Assembly (NCBI GenBank): GCA_048882045.1
Contig: JBHLRZ010000010.1
Location: 1-64,000 of the forward strand
DNA length: 64,000 nt
From: Candidatus Thorarchaeota archaeon
Lineage (GTDB): Archaea; Asgardarchaeota; Thorarchaeia; Thorarchaeales; Thorarchaeaceae
Direction of reading: 5' to 3'
Position numbers and translations under genes: made by a program. The notes beneath the pieces are model-generated. The model saw only the letters and a list, made by a program, of their open reading frames with translations, searched no databases and was not told the DNA's origin. This document shows, piece by piece, positions 59,397 to 64,000 of this stretch (positions within the stretch are counted from its first letter, which is position 1; the number at the start of each line of letters is the position of its first letter).

Positions 59397-60977
59397 TCAC
59401 CCTCTCCTTCGACCACGCATGATGTCTTTGCGTCCAGCAGTTGACCACGCAGATGAGGACCTGTCCCACTGTCCAGGAGTATAGGTTGCTGTTCTGCCAA
59501 CCACTAAATCAGACCGCCCTGCATCAGACCAAGACTGCGCACGATCTGCAGCAGTTGCAAGAGAACCAGGTCCTGCACCATTCATGTGAAGAACAGCTGC
59601 TGCAAGTGCGACCTCTTGTTCAGGCGTCATGGTCCCTCTACTCTTCCTCTGGGCCTTACGTTTGAGAAATTCCAGAGCATATTGTGGATACAGAGCATAG
59701 GAAACGAGGTCTCTCGGTTCATGTGGAATGTCTTTCAACGCCTCACGAGCTGCTGGAAGCTCAGGTTCAAGCATGTCTGCAGGTCTACAGTCTAAAGGTT
59801 TCTCATCTCCTATGGCTTTCTTCTGGACCTCAGGATCAATCTCAGCTGGTGGACGACCATAGTAGCCACGGATGTATTGCTTGACCTCAGTCGGAATCAT
59901 ACTATACCTCTTGCCCGTAATCACGTTGAGTGTAGCTTGGGTTCCCACAATCTGGCTTGATGGAGTGACAAGTGGAGGATATCCAAGTTCAGCTCTCACC
60001 CTGGGAACCTCTGCCAGGACCTCATCATAGCGGTCAAGGGCGCCCTGCTCTCGCAGCTGATTGTCAAGATTGGAGAGCATTCCACCAGGAATCTGGAATT
60101 GGAGAACCTGTGGATTGACTCCCTGGAGGCTCCCCTCGAACTGACCGTACTTTCTCCGTATCTTTCGGAAGTAGTTTGCTATCTCTGAGAGGAGGTTCAG
60201 GTCAAGACCTGTGTCTCTCTTTGTACCTTTCAACGCTTCAACAATCGACTCTGTTGCAGGTTGTGATGTGGCCATGGAGAGTGCTGAAATTGCACAGTCG
60301 ACAACATCTACTCCTGCCTCAGCACCCTTCAGATATGCCATCGCAGCCATACCACTGGTATAGTGTGAGTGGAGTTGAATAGGTATATCAATCTCCTGCT
60401 TGAGCTTCGTGACGAGATCAAAGGCTGCCTCAGGTGAGATGAGACCAGCCATATCTTTGATGCATATTGAATCAGCATCACGGGCGTAGAGTTCCTTCGC
60501 CATTTCCACAAACTTGTCATTCGTATGGAACGGACTCAATGTGTAGCAGAAGCTTGCCTGAACATGACCACCCTCACGCTTGACAAACTTCATTGCAGCC
60601 TCCATGTTTCGAATATCATTGAGTGCGTCAAAGATTCTGAAGACATCGATTCCCACTTTTACAGATTCGTGCACAAACCCCTCAAGAACGTCGTCACTAT
60701 AGTGGCGATAACCAACCACATTCTGTGCTCGTAATAAACACTGGAATCTGGTTTTTGGTATAGCTTCTCGAAGTTTTTCAACTCGCTCCCACGGGTCTTC
60801 ATCAAGAAAGCGCATCATTGAGTCAAATGTTGCTCCACCGAACATCTCGAGAGACCAATATCCTACCTGATCTAGCTTCTCACAGATAGGAAGCATGTCC
60901 TCAGTTCGCATTCTAGTTGCTAGAAGGGATTGATGCGCATCTCGAAGAACAGTGTCACAAATCATCAATTTCGACAT
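59397..60977 (-). CDS. Pyruvate/oxaloacetate carboxyltransferase (PycB/OadA/transcarboxylase 5S-like), without fused biotin domain
   Basis: RDAHQSLLATRM, GGATFD, IKDMAG, HSH, QIPGGM and PPLVTPSSQIVGTQA motifs. Confidence 0.93.
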   Translation of the reverse strand: MSKLMICDTVLRDAHQSLLATRMRTEDMLPICEKLDQVGYWSLEMFGGATFDSMMRFLDEDPWERVEKLREAIPKTRFQCLLRAQNVVGYRHYSDDVLEGFVHESVKVGIDVFRIFDALNDIRNMEAAMKFVKREGGHVQASFCYTLSPFHTNDKFVEMAKELYARDADSICIKDMAGLISPEAAFDLVTKLKQEIDIPIQLHSHYTSGMAAMAYLKGAEAGVDVVDCAISALSMATSQPATESIVEALKGTKRDTGLDLNLLSEIANYFRKIRRKYGQFEGSLQGVNPQVLQFQIPGGMLSNLDNQLREQGALDRYDEVLAEVPRVRAELGYPPLVTPSSQIVGTQATLNVITGKRYSMIPTEVKQYIRGYYGRPPAEIDPEVQKKAIGDEKPLDCRPADMLEPELPAAREALKDIPHEPRDLVSYALYPQYALEFLKRKAQRKSRGTMTPEQEVALAAAVLHMNGAGPGSLATAADRAQSWSDAGRSDLVVGRTATYTPGQWDRSSSAWSTAGRKDIMRGRRRG

Positions 60978-61222
60978 TGTAGACCAAAAATGTTCAGTGT
61001 GCCTCTACATATAGTCGTTCTGATTTGGTCGAGGGGACTATTTTGAAAATCCATAGCATACACCCCACGTGCCAGACCACCATTCATACATCACAGCAGA
61101 AGAAACTCATAAAGAGCTGAGCAATAAATGTTATCTGAAATTTCGCTTCTGTTGTCAAGAAGACGTGGAGCTTCTGGAGGACTTACACAAGAACCGTACA
61201 GAAGGTAGTAAATTGTTGGTGG

Positions 61223-61837
61223 TTGTATATGAGTGACTCCTTGAGCCTCTTGCACCTTGTTGAGTCATATCTCATGACTAAGGACTACAAAGCAGCAATC
61301 AAGCTGTGTAGAGAGATTCTCATCAAGGAACCAAACAATGTCGGAGCAATCCACAATCTTAAGTTTGCGTTGCATGATCTGGGGGAGGCTAAGGCGTGGA
61401 TAGAGTGTGCATTCTGCAGACGAACTCTCGAAACTGACATCTATCCCACCAACATACCTAGGGACCAGATACAGAAGGCTGTTTTCGCCATCAAGTACGC
61501 AGAGATTCCAGAAACTGTAAGGGTCGTATACTGTCCTGATTGTGACAGGAACACACCGGTGACGTTCATCCTGTGTATCAAGTGCCGCGAGGGGTACTTG
61601 AAACACTACTATACCTTTCTTGGGGTAAACAAGGAAACCAAGCAGGAAACCTTCATGGAACGGATCTTCCGATGTGAGAAATGCAACTACCGATCTACAT
61701 TGGCCGAAGAAAAATCACCCGCTGAGCTGAGGGTCTATGAGGGTCTCTTGCAGGTGAGACCAGAGATCAGAGAAATGATAGAGGTATTATTCCAGCAAGA
61801 GGAAATGCATGGTAAGATGAGAAGCAAATCAGAGTGA
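61223..61837 (+). CDS. TPR + multi-zinc-finger protein
   Basis: N-terminal TPR-like helices; CAFC, CPDC, CIKC and CEKC. Confidence 0.78.
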   Translation: MYMSDSLSLLHLVESYLMTKDYKAAIKLCREILIKEPNNVGAIHNLKFALHDLGEAKAWIECAFCRRTLETDIYPTNIPRDQIQKAVFAIKYAEIPETVRVVYCPDCDRNTPVTFILCIKCREGYLKHYYTFLGVNKETKQETFMERIFRCEKCNYRSTLAEEKSPAELRVYEGLLQVRPEIREMIEVLFQQEEMHGKMRSKSE

Positions 61838-62109
61838 ACGGAGAATCGGAGGCCACGACTCGGTTTCAAGCCTGTTACAGAGGTCCTTCCTCTCTAACCA
61901 CTGTTCGAGTTTCCGGTCCATACTCTTCTCTATATCAGCTCCATAGCCCCTCACCTCATCGTAGAGTGGCTCCCTCAGCTGACACAGGACCAGAACCTGA
62001 ACTCCTCACCCTCCTCTCTCACATCGAAGGAGTGCCTGTTGGTCACATTGTCGAAGGTGATGACTGCGACCAAACCCTCTGATATGGTCTTCATGAATAT
62101 CCGTCGCAT
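61829..62109 (-). pseudogene. Possible frameshifted gene remnant
   Basis: MRRIFMKT...EFRFWSCVS* (62109-61975) appears to continue in a shifted frame as QLREPLYDEVRGYGADIEKSMDRKLEQWLE...* (61981-61829). Confidence 0.3.
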
Positions 62110-62212
62110 GCACACTCCGTGGTAGACCACTATTCTTTCACCGGAACTATGTGCAGATGGAGCCTGAAAAAGACCTACTGAGATTAATCAAATGATTCTG
62201 TCAATGGTTAAC

Positions 62213-64000
62213 TCAAGCGAATATCCATACAGCTTCGAACATCGTCACATCATTAAGTGAATAACTGTTTTCAACAGTGCCTTGAACGACTACACTCGAT
62301 CCAACGGATGGAGGTTCAACTCCATCCCAGAAAAATGATAGGAAGCCTAGATATTCCACGTGCTCATCTATAATAGTAAAGTAGTTGTCGTCAACAATCG
62401 CGAGTATTCCCTTTACAGTGACTACTGTTCCAACTCCAGCTTTATCATCATTTATGTCCTTAATATCAGTCACACCGAAGACGCCGTCATGCCAAGCTAC
62501 TGAAGATAACAATAGAATAAACACAACAATGATTACCAAAATAATACGACGTTTAGTGCTCATCAGAAATTTTGGCGTCCTAAAGCCGCTTCCCGCGGTT
62601 TCAGGACGATTGTAGAAAAGAGTATAGATAATAAATAGGAAGACGAAGACTCTCATTGCAGTATCAAGTAGAAGCCAAAATGCCACCCGTATAGGATAGA
62701 ATTGCGGATCAGCTCTTGGATAAGTAAGGAAGGGAGATATACGTGTGAATTCAATCCCGTTGTATTGAACTGGTAATCCAATGCTAGCAATGATATAGTC
62801 AATATTGGGAAAGATGACCCACATTGTGAAAGATATTAGGACTCCTGTTGTTAGAGCGAATGATAATGGACCTCCCCTCTTCCTGTCTCTATATCGGTGT
62901 CCAAAGAAACCCATCGTGATAATCGTTAGCAAGGAAATCATTAGAATCGTTACAGCGTATTGACCCTCATGAAGTGCTACTAGATTGGAAAATCCCCAAG
63001 GAGAGTAATAGGTGACAGTAACACCATTACCTGTGTCTAGTGGTGGAACATATGGTGCGTAAAACACATAAAACAGAGTTGAAAAGAACATGACGACAGT
63101 GTATAAACCTAACACTACTACACTGGTTTTTAATACAGCCCGCCAATGAATGAGTTCTGAGAACTTCCATCCATAGACATGTTTGAGAAATATTATACCT
63201 ACGAAGTATGGAATTGACAATAGTAAAATCAGCCCGGGAATCATCATTGGAATGACATACCATAGCGAATTCAGCAATGGAATGACATTGAACAGTGTAT
63301 ATGCGCCTAAAATTGGAATGATTATATTTGGGAAATATTTCCAATTGGAAACCTTCAGACGTAATTTCATGAATAAAGACACTAATCTCACACAAAAGAT
63401 GGTAGCATATTTTTCAACGAGTGGCAACACCAAGACTGCAAAAATGATTGGGATGAATGCTAAGACAAATCCAGAAAGATAGGTTGTTGCGAATAACTCA
63501 AGCCCAGGAGTTCCAGCAATGGACAAGACTTGGAAGATATTCTGCAAGATTGCGACTATAGAGAGGAGGATATTAATCTTGAAGAACGCTCCAAAATGGG
63601 TGCTTGGATCCTGTTCAAACTCGACCTCACGAATGAAGAAACCTGCTGTTTTAGCAATCCTTCCGGTTGCTGGATATCCAAATCTGTAGATCCATGTAAA
63701 GAAGATGAGAATATTCAGAATATAATAGTCCATTATTGGTAAAATGTATATTTCCAGTGAAGGAATGATTGTGGCCAGCCCTATAATGAAGTACTCTTTC
63801 CTTGCTTCACCAATGTCTGTCTTCGGAATACAAGCAAACCGTTGAGTTTTACCAGCAACCAACTTTGCATAGTCCGATTTTTTCTCCCATTCAATTAGAC
63901 GCTGCATGGTTTCCTTTCTGCGCCAAGTAAATGTCCTCAAAACTAGCAATAGAAAGCAGAATAATGCAGAATAGAATGACACCATAATCCAAATCATATA
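62213..64000 (-). CDS. Polytopic membrane protein with C-terminal OB-fold (5' end probably outside the window)
   Basis: More than 10 hydrophobic segments; IKDI...VTVKG...FTIID...VGSSVVVQGTV; the frame is open to the right edge. Confidence 0.75.
   Translation of the reverse strand, partial: YMIWIMVSFYSALFCFLLLVLRTFTWRRKETMQRLIEWEKKSDYAKLVAGKTQRFACIPKTDIGEARKEYFIIGLATIIPSLEIYILPIMDYYILNILIFFTWIYRFGYPATGRIAKTAGFFIREVEFEQDPSTHFGAFFKINILLSIVAILQNIFQVLSIAGTPGLELFATTYLSGFVLAFIPIIFAVLVLPLVEKYATIFCVRLVSLFMKLRLKVSNWKYFPNIIIPILGAYTLFNVIPLLNSLWYVIPMMIPGLILLLSIPYFVGIIFLKHVYGWKFSELIHWRAVLKTSVVVLGLYTVVMFFSTLFYVFYAPYVPPLDTGNGVTVTYYSPWGFSNLVALHEGQYAVTILMISLLTIITMGFFGHRYRDRKRGGPLSFALTTGVLISFTMWVIFPNIDYIIASIGLPVQYNGIEFTRISPFLTYPRADPQFYPIRVAFWLLLDTAMRVFVFLFIIYTLFYNRPETAGSGFRTPKFLMSTKRRIILVIIVVFILLLSSVAWHDGVFGVTDIKDINDDKAGVGTVVTVKGILAIVDDNYFTIIDEHVEYLGFLSFFWDGVEPPSVGSSVVVQGTVENSYSLNDVTMFEAVWIFA

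Noticed and set aside
1-64000. Numerous 60-180 aa antisense or nested ORFs
   Set aside because: Shadows of well-supported genes with no independent evidence.

Overview
A gene-dense archaeal window. The gene repertoire (double-HTH Lrp regulator, DUF2341 and NosD surface proteins, thiolase/DUF35 pairs, TATA-like promoters) suggests an Asgard archaeon, possibly Thorarchaeota; this is an inference. About 1-33 kb is accessory: several large secreted or membrane-anchored beta-helix/lectin proteins with internal DNA repeats, plus ankyrin, DinB, GNAT and a GT-C glycosyltransferase. About 33-61 kb is metabolic: a kinase-M23-aminotransferase fusion, glnA, SCP2, panB, a P-type ATPase, an S8 protease, an MFS/PHP/TPR cluster, a FAH hydrolase divergent from a leuBCD-like operon, and a carboxyltransferase-biotin carrier-thiolase-DUF35-acyl-CoA dehydrogenase cluster. 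I found no rRNA, tRNA, CRISPR array or transposase. Highlights: (1) a SERCA-like P-type ATPase with rewritten ion-binding residues (PINIP for PEGLP, as in P4 flippases or P3A pumps; TM6 Asn/Asp changed to Val/His), divergent from (2) an S8 protease with Site-1-protease-like S8+GIFT architecture, near an SCP2 gene; (3) two unannotated structured RNA leaders, upstream of glnA and of an MFS gene; (4) two thiolases that both lack catalytic cysteines; (5) a diverged direct repeat bracketing one gene, followed by a cryptic ORF with an in-frame Cys-Pro-TGA. All alignments were done by eye against remembered consensus motifs; no searches were run.
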